From: an uncultured Acidimicrobiales bacterium
GTDB lineage: Bacteria > Actinomycetota > Acidimicrobiia > Acidimicrobiales > Aldehydirespiratoraceae
DNA: 64,000 nt
NCBI GenBank assembly: GCA_951812975.1
Contig: CATOTC010000005.1
Location: 242,773 to 306,772 of the forward strand
Direction of reading: 5' to 3'
Of the stretch, positions 17,160 to 26,257 are shown in pieces. A model generated the notes under the pieces. The model saw nothing but the letters and a program-made list of their open reading frames with translations. It made no database searches and was not told the DNA's origin. The first letter of the stretch is position 1; each line of letters starts with the position of its first letter. A program made the position numbers and the translations under genes.

Positions 17160-18949
17160 CCCTCCTCGAAACGACCAGAATCGAAACACGGCCCGTCGAT
17201 CCCGACATTCAAGCGGACATCGACAAGTTCCGCGACGTTCTCGCCCAATACCGGAGAGGCGAAGTCTCAGAGGATGTGTTCCGAGTCTTCCGACTGACCA
17301 ACGGCATTTACGGCCAACGGCAGGGCGGAGACAACCATATGGTTCGAGTCAAGGTTCCCTACGGGTCCATGGACCCCGAACAGTTCGAGATGCTGGCGTT
17401 CATCGTCGAGCGCTACAGCCGAGGCTGGGCCCACATCACCACCCGACAGAACCTCCAGTTCCACTTCGTGCAACTCGATCAGATCCCCGACGTGCTCGAC
17501 CATCTCGCGGCAGTGGGCATGACCACCCGCGAAGCCTGCGGCGACACCGTTCGCAACGTGCAGGGCTGTCATCTCGCCGGTGCCTGCCCCCATGAGAACC
17601 TCGACATCACGCCGTGGGCGGAAGCGGCCTACCGCCACTTCGTGCGCAACCCGTTGAGTCAACGACTGCCCCGCAAGTTCAAGATCAACTTCTCGGGATG
17701 CGAGACCGACTGCGGTCAGGCCATGTTCAACGACGCCGGTGTGATCGCCACCACCCGCACCCTCGACGACGGAACGACCGAGGCAGGATTTCGAGTCTTC
17801 GTCGCCGGAGGACTCGGCACAACGCCGTTCCCCGCCCAGGCAATTGAAGAGTTCACCCGCAAGGAGGAACTGCTCCCCACACTTGAAGCGATCCTGAGGG
17901 TCTTCGACCAGACCGGCAATCGAGACAACAAACTCCGCGCCCGGATGAAATGGGTGGTCGAACAACTCGGAATCGACGAGGTTCGACGGCGCGTGCTCGC
18001 CATCCGCAAGTTCCTGCTCGCCTCCTCGTCGTACCCAGGTGGTCTTCCCACCGAAGTGCGAGTCGACGGCGATGCGCCCGCCGGGATAGATGCCACCGCG
18101 AACATCACGAAGGTCGGGCAGGGAATACCGGTCAGCATCGGTGGGGCCTCCCCGTACGACAAATGGTTCAGCGCCAATGTGGTGCGGGGAATCGCCTCAG
18201 GTCAGGTGTCTGCCTACGCCTGGGCGCAACTCGGAGACATCACAGCTGAACAGTTCCGTGCGATCGCCGCGATCAGCCGGGACTTCGAAGCCGACATCCG
18301 CCTGACAAACCGTCAGAACCTGATCATCCGGGGACTCGACGAGTCGCAACTGCCCGAACTCTACCGACGGTTGGATGCCGCAGACATGGCACGACCCGGC
18401 GCGGAGTTGGTCAGAGACGTGGTGGCCTGTCCCGGTGCCGACACCTGCAACCTCGCGGTCACCCAGAGTCGGGGACTCGCCAAAGCGATCGGCGACGCCC
18501 TCGAGACCGAAGGACTCGCCGAAGTGGCCGGTCTGCGAATCAACATCAGTGGATGCCCCAACTCCTGCGGGCAGCATCATGCGGCCGACATCGGATTCTT
18601 CGGGGCCGAGCGCCGGGCCAACGGGCGTTCAGCACCCGGCTATCAGATGATGCTCGGGGGCTACATCGGGCAGGAACAGGCACACTTCGGAACCAAGACC
18701 CTGCGACTGCCGGCAAAGAACGCGGCCGAAGCGGCGGTGCGGGTTGTTCATCGTTTCAACGACGAACGCACCGTCGGCGAGTCGTTCCGTGCCTGGATCG
18801 AGCGTTCCGGTGGGGTGAAGAGCATCGCCGCGGGACTCAAGGACCTCGACCAGTTCCCGGCCTATGACGATGACCCGGAGTTCTACACGGACTTCGACGA
18901 GGCAGGCCCCTACGAAGCAGTCGTCGGCGATTCGGAGTGCGCCACCTGA
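17156..18949 (+). CDS. ferredoxin-dependent sulfite (or nitrite) reductase hemoprotein, siroheme/[4Fe-4S]
   Basis: ATGA overlap with cobA. Cys clusters CGDTVRNV.C...CP and CPGADTC...CPNSCGQ. Two nitrite/sulfite reductase repeats. Confidence 0.9.
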   Translation: MTLLETTRIETRPVDPDIQADIDKFRDVLAQYRRGEVSEDVFRVFRLTNGIYGQRQGGDNHMVRVKVPYGSMDPEQFEMLAFIVERYSRGWAHITTRQNLQFHFVQLDQIPDVLDHLAAVGMTTREACGDTVRNVQGCHLAGACPHENLDITPWAEAAYRHFVRNPLSQRLPRKFKINFSGCETDCGQAMFNDAGVIATTRTLDDGTTEAGFRVFVAGGLGTTPFPAQAIEEFTRKEELLPTLEAILRVFDQTGNRDNKLRARMKWVVEQLGIDEVRRRVLAIRKFLLASSSYPGGLPTEVRVDGDAPAGIDATANITKVGQGIPVSIGGASPYDKWFSANVVRGIASGQVSAYAWAQLGDITAEQFRAIAAISRDFEADIRLTNRQNLIIRGLDESQLPELYRRLDAADMARPGAELVRDVVACPGADTCNLAVTQSRGLAKAIGDALETEGLAEVAGLRINISGCPNSCGQHHAADIGFFGAERRANGRSAPGYQMMLGGYIGQEQAHFGTKTLRLPAKNAAEAAVRVVHRFNDERTVGESFRAWIERSGGVKSIAAGLKDLDQFPAYDDDPEFYTDFDEAGPYEAVVGDSECAT

Positions 18950-18952
18950 ACC
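18890..18952. repeat. 63-bp direct repeat, left copy (3' end of sulfite reductase ORF incl. stop)
   Basis: Identical to 20867-20929. Pairwise comparison read directly in the sequence. Confidence 0.9.
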
Positions 18953-19080
18953 CGGGCACGCCGACTTGATTCGGGAGAAGCCAACCGACCCAAAATATCG
19001 CAACCGACCACGGGCATCCGACCGAGTCGGGAAGCACGACCGACAGCGACCTACCATTGCTCCAACAGAGCGCCCGTTTT

Positions 19081-20307
19081 CTATCCCGCTGGTTTGCGTT
19101 GTTTCAGTTCATACTGGGCGTTGGCTCCGAACTCAACCCTGAATGGGGCTGCGTGAGCTGAAGCCGGGTCGGCCTTGACGCCCTCGGCGCCCAAACATCG
19201 CAGGATCCAGTCAAGCCACTCGTCGTGTTCATCCGGCTCGAGCATTGAGATAATCTGTCGCGTGAGTTCGCGCCCGTTGGCAAACTTCCAATTGCTGCCA
19301 AGCTCGTTGAGGGGCCAGAAATCCCAACGGTGATCGTCTCTCAGAACGACACGTCTGCCATTGCTGAGATCCGCGAACTCTTGGGAGCGGAACTCGCGTA
19401 TTCCCCACGCAGTCATCTCCTTGCGCTGGGACTCCAGCTCCCTACCGGACCAATCCACATGGTAGGGCTGCTCAAGAAAGGCGTAACCGCCGACGTTGGT
19501 CGGGGAATACACAGGATCGGTCAAGTAGTCCAACTCACAGACAGCACCGAACGCGACAACATCCACGGCTCTTCCTCCAGCTTCAGAAATCAGCTCAACC
19601 TCCGTCTTGGGCTGACGCAGTTCATGTTGGACGCGAGGGCCGAACTCCACAACAAAAGGCGCCGCGTGGACCGATGCCGGGTCAACCTCAAAACCCGATA
19701 AACGTAAACCTTCGATCACCCATCCCTCCCAGACGTCAATGGTGTCCACCTCGTCTGGGCCAAGCACCCAGATTGCGTCTCTGATGAGTGCTCGCCCGAC
19801 TGCGGTCCTCCACTTGCTGCCATAGTCGTTTCGCGGCCAGCTAGACCAGCCACGGTCGTCCTTTAACGTGACACGCCTTCCATCACTGAGATCCGCGAAC
19901 TCCTCCAATCGAAAATGGGGTTTGCCCGACTCGACCATTCTTTGTCGCTGTCTCGACATCAGATCGGGGGACAACAACATGTCACGAGTAGCAAAGGAAC
20001 CCTTGCCTATCAGGGGCTTCGGTCTCTTGTTCTGGGCGAAAGATTCTGCTTCCAGGTCTCCAGGCACCACATTTCCCGGAGAATCAAGCGCAGGTTGACG
20101 TTGTGGAGCATCCAAATCTACCAGTTCGCACACCGCGCCGAGCGCAACTACGCCAACCACGTCCCGTCCCTCCAATCCAACGAAAGACCTACCGGGAGGT
20201 GCAGGGAATGCTATAGGCGCTAGAATGATACTTCTCGGATCCGTCAACTTCACCCGGAATATCAACATCAACAACAGCACGCCAAGAAACGGTCCGCCTT
20301 GTAACAC
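19081..20307 (-). CDS. hypothetical protein made of two tandem ~180-aa homologous domains (true start probably near 20180-20270)
   Basis: Internal duplication: EFADLSDGRRVTLKDDRGWSSWPRN...DPASVHAAPFVVEFGP vs EFADLSNGRRVVLRDDHRWDFWPLN...DPASAHAAPFRVEFGA. No known family recognised. Confidence 0.5.
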   Translation of the reverse strand: MLQGGPFLGVLLLMLIFRVKLTDPRSIILAPIAFPAPPGRSFVGLEGRDVVGVVALGAVCELVDLDAPQRQPALDSPGNVVPGDLEAESFAQNKRPKPLIGKGSFATRDMLLSPDLMSRQRQRMVESGKPHFRLEEFADLSDGRRVTLKDDRGWSSWPRNDYGSKWRTAVGRALIRDAIWVLGPDEVDTIDVWEGWVIEGLRLSGFEVDPASVHAAPFVVEFGPRVQHELRQPKTEVELISEAGGRAVDVVAFGAVCELDYLTDPVYSPTNVGGYAFLEQPYHVDWSGRELESQRKEMTAWGIREFRSQEFADLSNGRRVVLRDDHRWDFWPLNELGSNWKFANGRELTRQIISMLEPDEHDEWLDWILRCLGAEGVKADPASAHAAPFRVEFGANAQYELKQRKPAG

Positions 20308-20836
20308 AAGTGAACCGAGCGTTCACTCTTGCAGCGCTGTTTCCGGTTCCCGGCCACAGCCGTTTGGTCTTGGACTTGTTGACTGTATGCCAGTAGCAAA
20401 TGGTTCCTTCGGCGACGGAACCGCATCGATACACTTGGAGCGCTACCCAGACATCTGCTTTTTCTGGACAATCGCCTCCAAGGGGCCTCCACCAGCCATG
20501 CACTGACACATCAGTCCGATTGAACGAGTTTGAGATGTGGACATCATCGCTGTCTCCGGTGTGTTGGCAGTTGGTGAACCAAGGCCAACGCGCCAAAGAC
20601 GATCCAGACCTCGACCAAGCGGACAGATCGCTGTCTTCGTCGGCGTATGCGCCAGAAAACTGGCTGTCCACAAAGTCGCCGTTCGCTGATCCAGAACTAG
20701 CCCCCTCGTCGGACGCCGGTTCGTCATACGCAGAAGCGGATGAGGTAACGACGACTGACAGAACGAAAAAAACACAGCCATAATTTTCAGTGCTGATTGA
20801 AACTTCACAACAACCCTCCCAGGTAGTAATAGTCAC
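20189..20836 (-). CDS. hypothetical Cys/Trp-rich protein with hydrophobic signal-like N-terminus (GTG start; uncertain)
   Basis: ...YGCVFFVLSVVVTSSASA|YDEP resembles a signal-peptide h-region plus AxA site. An acidic linker is followed by a Cys-containing domain. Low GC. Overlaps the neighbouring ORF by ~120 bp. Confidence 0.35.
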   Translation of the reverse strand: MTITTWEGCCEVSISTENYGCVFFVLSVVVTSSASAYDEPASDEGASSGSANGDFVDSQFSGAYADEDSDLSAWSRSGSSLARWPWFTNCQHTGDSDDVHISNSFNRTDVSVHGWWRPLGGDCPEKADVWVALQVYRCGSVAEGTICYWHTVNKSKTKRLWPGTGNSAARVNARFTCVTRRTVSWRAVVDVDIPGEVDGSEKYHSSAYSIPCTSR

Positions 20837-20866
20837 GATGCTATCGGGTTCGGCGCGAAACAGACC

Positions 20867-20929
20867 GACTTCGACGAGGCAGGCCCCTACGAAGCAGTCG
20901 TCGGCGATTCGGAGTGCGCCACCTGAACC
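20867..20929. repeat. 63-bp direct repeat, right copy
   Basis: Identical to 18890-18952. Confidence 0.9.
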
Positions 20930-20949
20930 GATCTACGATCACGGGTGAC

Positions 20950-21915
20950 ATGGCGCCCGAGTTCAACACCGAGTTCGATCCCCGCTACGGGGAACTGATC
21001 GAGGTGTCGCCACTGCTGCGACGGATCGTCTGCAACAACCCGTCGAAGTACACCTTCCACGGCACCGGCACCTACGTGATCGGCCACCGCGACGTGGCCG
21101 TGGTCGATCCCGGTCCCCGCGACCCGGCCCATGTCGAGGCACTGCTGAGGGCACTGGGCAATGAGACGGTCCGCGCCATCCTGATCACCCACACCCACGG
21201 CGACCACTCCCCTGCGGCCGCCGCGCTGCACGACGCCACCGGCGCTCCCGTGCTCGGCTTCGGCCCCCACCCCGAAGACGCCACCAGCGAAGAGGCCGAC
21301 GAAACCAGCGACGAAGAAACCGACAGGGCCGACCAGGGCGCAGACAGCATCCGACACGACGCACACGGGCCCGACGTCGACTTCAACCCCGAGACCCGGC
21401 TCGCCCACGGCGACACTGTTGACGGGCCAGGTTGGACCGTACAGGCGCTGCACACCCCCGGGCACATCTCCAACCATCTCTGCTTCGCGCTGACCGAAGA
21501 AGGCGCGCTGTTGACCGGCGACCACGTGATGGGCTGGTCGACAACGATCATCCCGCCCCCCGACGGCGACGTCAGCGACTACCTGCGGTCACTGCAGCTG
21601 GTACTGGACCGCAACGATCAGGTCCTCTACCCGACCCACGGCGGACCGGTCCACGACCCGCGTCGCTACGTGTCGGCGCTGCTCAACCATCGCCTTCGGA
21701 GAGAAGCCCAGATCCTGGAGCAACTGGCCGAGGGCCCATCCTCGGCAAGAGAGATCGTCGCCGTGCTCTACGCAGACGTGCGCAAGGAGCTGCACCGGCC
21801 TGCGGCGCGGTCCGTCGTCGCCCACCTCGCGAAACTTCGAAAAGAAGACAGAGCCGCGCCCGTCGTCGACGACGCTTCGCCCACATCGTCTGACACAGTC
21901 TGGGCCCTCAGCTAA
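20950..21915 (+). CDS. MBL-fold metallo-hydrolase
   Basis: ITHTHGDHS metal-binding motif. Start at MAPEFNTEF. Confidence 0.8.
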   Translation: MAPEFNTEFDPRYGELIEVSPLLRRIVCNNPSKYTFHGTGTYVIGHRDVAVVDPGPRDPAHVEALLRALGNETVRAILITHTHGDHSPAAAALHDATGAPVLGFGPHPEDATSEEADETSDEETDRADQGADSIRHDAHGPDVDFNPETRLAHGDTVDGPGWTVQALHTPGHISNHLCFALTEEGALLTGDHVMGWSTTIIPPPDGDVSDYLRSLQLVLDRNDQVLYPTHGGPVHDPRRYVSALLNHRLRREAQILEQLAEGPSSAREIVAVLYADVRKELHRPAARSVVAHLAKLRKEDRAAPVVDDASPTSSDTVWALS

Positions 21916-22200
21916 GAGGCTGAGCGGATTGATCCCGCACACGGCCGCGACCGAACGAGGCCGTGGCCCGAGCGGCCCGTGAACGCAGTGAACAAGAGCG
22001 GGAGACAGCAGGTCTCGACGCACCGCCATGCTCAATCCGCGCACGTTCTAACGCCGACCACAACTTCGTCGTCACCGCCAAGACTGCGCGCCGCCACAAA
22101 CAGCCACAAACACGGATCGCCGCAGCCGCACACCCGGATTGCGGTCCGCCACGAACTGTTCTGCCACTGACCGCGCGGCCGATTGCGTCGATTTCGGTGT

Positions 22201-23205
22201 TCAGGCGTTGATCGAAACCGCCACAGGGTGGTGACAGGCGAAGTAGTGGTCGCTTTCGCCGACACGCTGCATTACGGGTTCGTCAGTGAAACAGACCTCG
22301 GTCGCGTGCGAACAGCGGGTATTGAATCGACAGCCGACAGGCGGATTGATCGGCGAGGGAAGCTCACCGGAAATATCGCCCTCAGACACATCGACAGTCG
22401 AAGCGGGTTCGGGGATAGCCGCCAGCAACGCCCTGGTATAGGGATGCCTCGGATTCTCATACAGTTCATTGGCGTTCCCGATCTCGCACGCCTTCCCGAG
22501 GTACATGACGATGATGCGGTCCGACACGTTCTTCACCACCGAGAGGTCGTGGCTGATGAACAGCAGGGTCAACCCGTAGCGCTTCTTCATGTCCTCCAAC
22601 AGGTTGAGAACCTGTGCCTGGACCGACACGTCGAGTGCCGAGACCGGCTCGTCGCAGATCAGGACCTTGGGGTCCAGCGCCAGAGCCCTGGCAATGCCGA
22701 TGCGTTGACACTGCCCGCCTGAGAACTGGTGCGCTCGCCGATCACCGAACTTGGGGTCAATGCCCACCGAAAGCATCAACTCCTCAATACGGCTCTGCGA
22801 CCACGAACCCCTCTCATCACCCCACACCGCAAGACCCTCCGAGATCACCTGGCGGATCTTGCGCCGCGGATTGAGCGACGAAATCGGATCCTGGAAGATC
22901 ATCTGCAAATCAGGACGAAGACGACGCAGTTCCTCACCCTCGAGCGTGGCGAGATCATGGCCCTGGTAGTCAACGGTTCCGCCCTTGATGTCGTTCAGGC
23001 GAATGATCGACTTCGCCACAGTCGACTTTCCGCAACCGGACTCACCCACGATCCCCAGCGTCTCGCCCTCGGCCACATCGAACGAGATCGCGCTCACAGC
23101 GTGAACCACAGCACCCTTGCCGATCGGGAACTCGACTTCGAGATCACGTACCGTCAACAGCACATCCACGTCTTCACGCAAGGGCGCGTGCCCTGAACCG
23201 GCCAT
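22201..23205 (-). CDS. peptide ABC transporter ATP-binding protein (OppF/DppF-like)
   Basis: Walker A GESGCGKST, signature FSGGQCQRIGIARAL, C-terminal oligopeptide-transporter domain. Confidence 0.9.
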   Translation of the reverse strand: MAGSGHAPLREDVDVLLTVRDLEVEFPIGKGAVVHAVSAISFDVAEGETLGIVGESGCGKSTVAKSIIRLNDIKGGTVDYQGHDLATLEGEELRRLRPDLQMIFQDPISSLNPRRKIRQVISEGLAVWGDERGSWSQSRIEELMLSVGIDPKFGDRRAHQFSGGQCQRIGIARALALDPKVLICDEPVSALDVSVQAQVLNLLEDMKKRYGLTLLFISHDLSVVKNVSDRIIVMYLGKACEIGNANELYENPRHPYTRALLAAIPEPASTVDVSEGDISGELPSPINPPVGCRFNTRCSHATEVCFTDEPVMQRVGESDHYFACHHPVAVSINA

Positions 23206-24284
23206 CAGCTCGGGCCTCCCAAATCGGTCACATCGAGGCCGGCGGCGGTTCGGCCCTGCGCCAAGTTGTCTGCCAGAGCCTCACGCCCGCGATCCGTGTT
23301 GGCCGGATGGAAACAGGCGAACTCGTGCATGCCTGCCACACCGCTGATCTGCGGGATCGACTCCAGGCAGTCCGGCCGGGCAAAACGACAACGCGGCGCA
23401 TAGGCACACTGCTCCGGAGGATTGATGAGTTCGGGCGGCCGCCCCGGAATCGGTTCGAGGCGGGTGTGGCTCGGCTGATCGATCCGGGGAATCGAACGCA
23501 ACAGGGCATCCGTGTAGGGATGGCGCGAGTCGCCGAAGAGAGTGTCCGGCGCTGCCCGCTCAACCAGGCGACCCGCGTACATCACCGCGATCTCATCGCA
23601 ACGACCACGGGCCACGCCCAGGTCGTGAGTGATGAGGATCATCGACATGCCCCGATCGCGCCGAAGGGTGTCCAACAGGTCGAGCAGATGCTTCTGGACA
23701 GTCACATCCACCGCCGTGGTGGGCTCATCGGCGATGAGCAGCGACGGTTCACAAGCCAGGGCCATCGCGATAACCACCCGCTGACGCAGCCCCCCGGACA
23801 GTTCGTGCGGATACTGGTCGACTCGTTTGCCCGGCTCGGGAATACCGACCTGCTCGAGCAGGTCCTCAGCCTCGGCAAGGGCAGATTTCTTGTCGCGCTT
23901 GAGGTGGTAGCGCAGCGTCTCCGCGATCTGCTCGCCGCACTTCTTCACCGGGTTTAGCGATGTCATCGGATCCTGGAAGACCATCGTCATCTTGACGCCC
24001 CAGAAATGCTCCCGGCCCTGCTCTGCGAGTTGCCGAACATCCTCGCCCTCGAATATCACGTCGCCTGAGACCTCCGCAGTGCGGGGCAGCAGGTTCATCA
24101 ACGTCTTGGCGGTGACCGACTTGCCGGAGCCCGACTCCCCGACAATCCCCAGCGACGCGCCCTTCGCCAGATCGAAAGTGACGCCGTTGACAGCCTGCAC
24201 GGTGCCACGGGTCGTGGGGAAGCGCACCGTCAGGTCACGTACCGACAGCTGCGTGTTGGCGACGTGTGTCTCAGCCATCATCAC
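23205..24284 (-). CDS. peptide ABC transporter ATP-binding protein (OppD/DppD-like)
   Basis: Walker A GESGSGKS, signature LSGGLRQRVVIAMAL. Confidence 0.9.
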   Translation of the reverse strand: MMMAETHVANTQLSVRDLTVRFPTTRGTVQAVNGVTFDLAKGASLGIVGESGSGKSVTAKTLMNLLPRTAEVSGDVIFEGEDVRQLAEQGREHFWGVKMTMVFQDPMTSLNPVKKCGEQIAETLRYHLKRDKKSALAEAEDLLEQVGIPEPGKRVDQYPHELSGGLRQRVVIAMALACEPSLLIADEPTTAVDVTVQKHLLDLLDTLRRDRGMSMILITHDLGVARGRCDEIAVMYAGRLVERAAPDTLFGDSRHPYTDALLRSIPRIDQPSHTRLEPIPGRPPELINPPEQCAYAPRCRFARPDCLESIPQISGVAGMHEFACFHPANTDRGREALADNLAQGRTAAGLDVTDLGGPS

Positions 24285-25195
24285 TTCTGGAACGCCGTCT
24301 CGCGCACATCGAAGAACTCACGCACGCGGTCACCCGCGAAGTTCAGCGCCAGGATGGTCAGGAACATTACCCCGATGGGCATCAGCGCCACATGGGGATT
24401 CTCTTGCAGATCGCGGATTCCGCGACCGTCGTTGATGATCACACCCCAGCTGATGTCCTCGACGGACAGCTGCAGGAACGCCAGGCCGCCCTCAGCCACG
24501 ATCGCCACACCCATGCCGAGCAGGGCCAGGGCCGCCATCGGAATGAGCACGACCGGCAACAGTTCCCGGGTCATTATCCGAAAGTGTTTGGCGCCGATCA
24601 CACGGGCGGCCTGCACGAACTCGCGCTCCGCGAACACCAGGGTCGCGGCGCGGGCTAGACGACCGACCGGCGCCACGGCAAGCACGCCGAGCGTGAGGCT
24701 GACCGTCCGCAGAGTGCGGTCGAAAGTGCTGGTGATCAGCAGGGCGAGGATCAGGCCGGGGAACGAGAGAAGCGTGAAGAACAAGAAGCTGATCACCTGG
24801 TCGACTCGTCCACGGAAGTAACCCGCAACCAGCCCGAGCGAACCGCCGACGACCATGCCGAAGGCGATCGCGATGAACCCGACGACCAGTGAGACACGGG
24901 CGCCGTAGACGGTCCTGGCGAACACGTCACGGCCCAGGGCGTCGGTCCCGAACCAATTGTCGAGCGACGGGCCGGTACGGGCAGGGCCAGCGCCCAACTT
25001 GTTGGGTTCGTCGAGAGGAAGGAATGGAGCGAGCAGCACCGTGGCCACGAGCAACCCCAGCCAACCGACAGCTATCCAGAAGCCGACTCCGAGCTTCTTG
25101 CGGACAGCGTCATCGACCATGCCATCGTCAGGCACTTTGTCGGGCACCATCACCTCGACACGGCTGTCGTCGCCGGTGCTCTGAATCTCGGTCAT
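24281..25195 (-). CDS. peptide ABC transporter permease (OppC/DppC-like)
   Basis: BPD_transp_1 signature. ATGA overlaps. Confidence 0.9.
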   Translation of the reverse strand: MTEIQSTGDDSRVEVMVPDKVPDDGMVDDAVRKKLGVGFWIAVGWLGLLVATVLLAPFLPLDEPNKLGAGPARTGPSLDNWFGTDALGRDVFARTVYGARVSLVVGFIAIAFGMVVGGSLGLVAGYFRGRVDQVISFLFFTLLSFPGLILALLITSTFDRTLRTVSLTLGVLAVAPVGRLARAATLVFAEREFVQAARVIGAKHFRIMTRELLPVVLIPMAALALLGMGVAIVAEGGLAFLQLSVEDISWGVIINDGRGIRDLQENPHVALMPIGVMFLTILALNFAGDRVREFFDVRETAFQK

Positions 25196-26202
25196 GACGT
25201 TCTCACTCTCGGATCGAGATAGCCGTACATGAGATCAACAAAAAAGTTGATGAGCACAAAGCCGATCGCAACCACCGAGATCAATGAGATGACCACCGGT
25301 GGGTCGTTGCGCAACACCGCCTCAACCAGTTCCGTTCCGATTCCAGGGATCGAGAAGATCTGCTCAACCACCAACGCCCCGCCAATCAGCGCGCCGGTGT
25401 TGACCCCGAAGACGGTGATGACCGAGAACATCGATGGCCGAAGAGCATGGCGATACATGATGTGCCGATCCGACATTCCCTTGGCCCGGGCCATATGAAC
25501 GAAGTCTTCCTGCAGCGTCGTGATCAGATCGGTGCGCAACAGCCTCTGATACGTCGCTGCCAAACCGAGTCCGAGAGTCAGGGCCGGAAGTGTCAGAGCT
25601 TTCAGTTCGGACCACCAACCCGCGTTCTCATACCGTGACGGGAAGATCTGCCACCTGAGCGCAAAGAAGTAGAGAAGGATCACCCCCAAGGCGAAGTTGG
25701 GGATTGACAGCAGTCCGAAGGATCCCACCGTCGACACCTTGTCGAACCCGCGGTTGGCCCGATACGCCGAGGCGACCCCCCACGGAATGGCGATGCCCAG
25801 CGCGACGATCTGTGCAAGCACGATCAGTCGTATCGTCACCGGCAGACGCTCCCTGACGATGTCGGAGATCTCGTCACCGTTCACGAACGACGTGCCGAAG
25901 TCTCCGCTCACCATGTCCGAGAGCCAGATTCCATAGCGTTCGACGACGTTCTTGTCGAGATTGTTCTGCTCCTTGGCCTGGGCGATCAGGGCACAGTCGC
26001 CCATGTTCAGGCCCGAGGACTGCGTGTCGGAGATCTCACCGCGTTCCACCGCCTCGCACTGTTCGTCGGGAATGCCCGATAGGACTCCGACGATGTTGAA
26101 CAGCGGGTCTCCCACCAGGTTCAGCGACGCGAACGTCAGGAAGGTGACCGCGAATACAACGAGCACCAGTTGCGCAACCCGACGGAGGATGAACTGCTTC
26201 AA
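25192..26202 (-). CDS. peptide ABC transporter permease (OppB/DppB-like)
   Basis: N-terminal MKQFILRRVAQLVLVVF typical of OppB. EAA-like loop. Confidence 0.9.
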   Translation of the reverse strand: MKQFILRRVAQLVLVVFAVTFLTFASLNLVGDPLFNIVGVLSGIPDEQCEAVERGEISDTQSSGLNMGDCALIAQAKEQNNLDKNVVERYGIWLSDMVSGDFGTSFVNGDEISDIVRERLPVTIRLIVLAQIVALGIAIPWGVASAYRANRGFDKVSTVGSFGLLSIPNFALGVILLYFFALRWQIFPSRYENAGWWSELKALTLPALTLGLGLAATYQRLLRTDLITTLQEDFVHMARAKGMSDRHIMYRHALRPSMFSVITVFGVNTGALIGGALVVEQIFSIPGIGTELVEAVLRNDPPVVISLISVVAIGFVLINFFVDLMYGYLDPRVRTS

Positions 26203-26257
26203 GCCATGTCCTCCACGGGTTGCGTCAACTGGTGCTCGTTTCCTAGTGCCTGGCTCC

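Larger units (their letters stand above)
18953..20866. mobile_element. low-GC insertion islet bracketed by 63-bp direct repeats (no recombinase retained)
   Basis: GC drops by ~10-15 points. Two unclassifiable minus-strand ORFs. Flanking perfect 63-bp direct repeats. The segment separates sirA from its probable ancestral neighbour. Confidence 0.45.
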
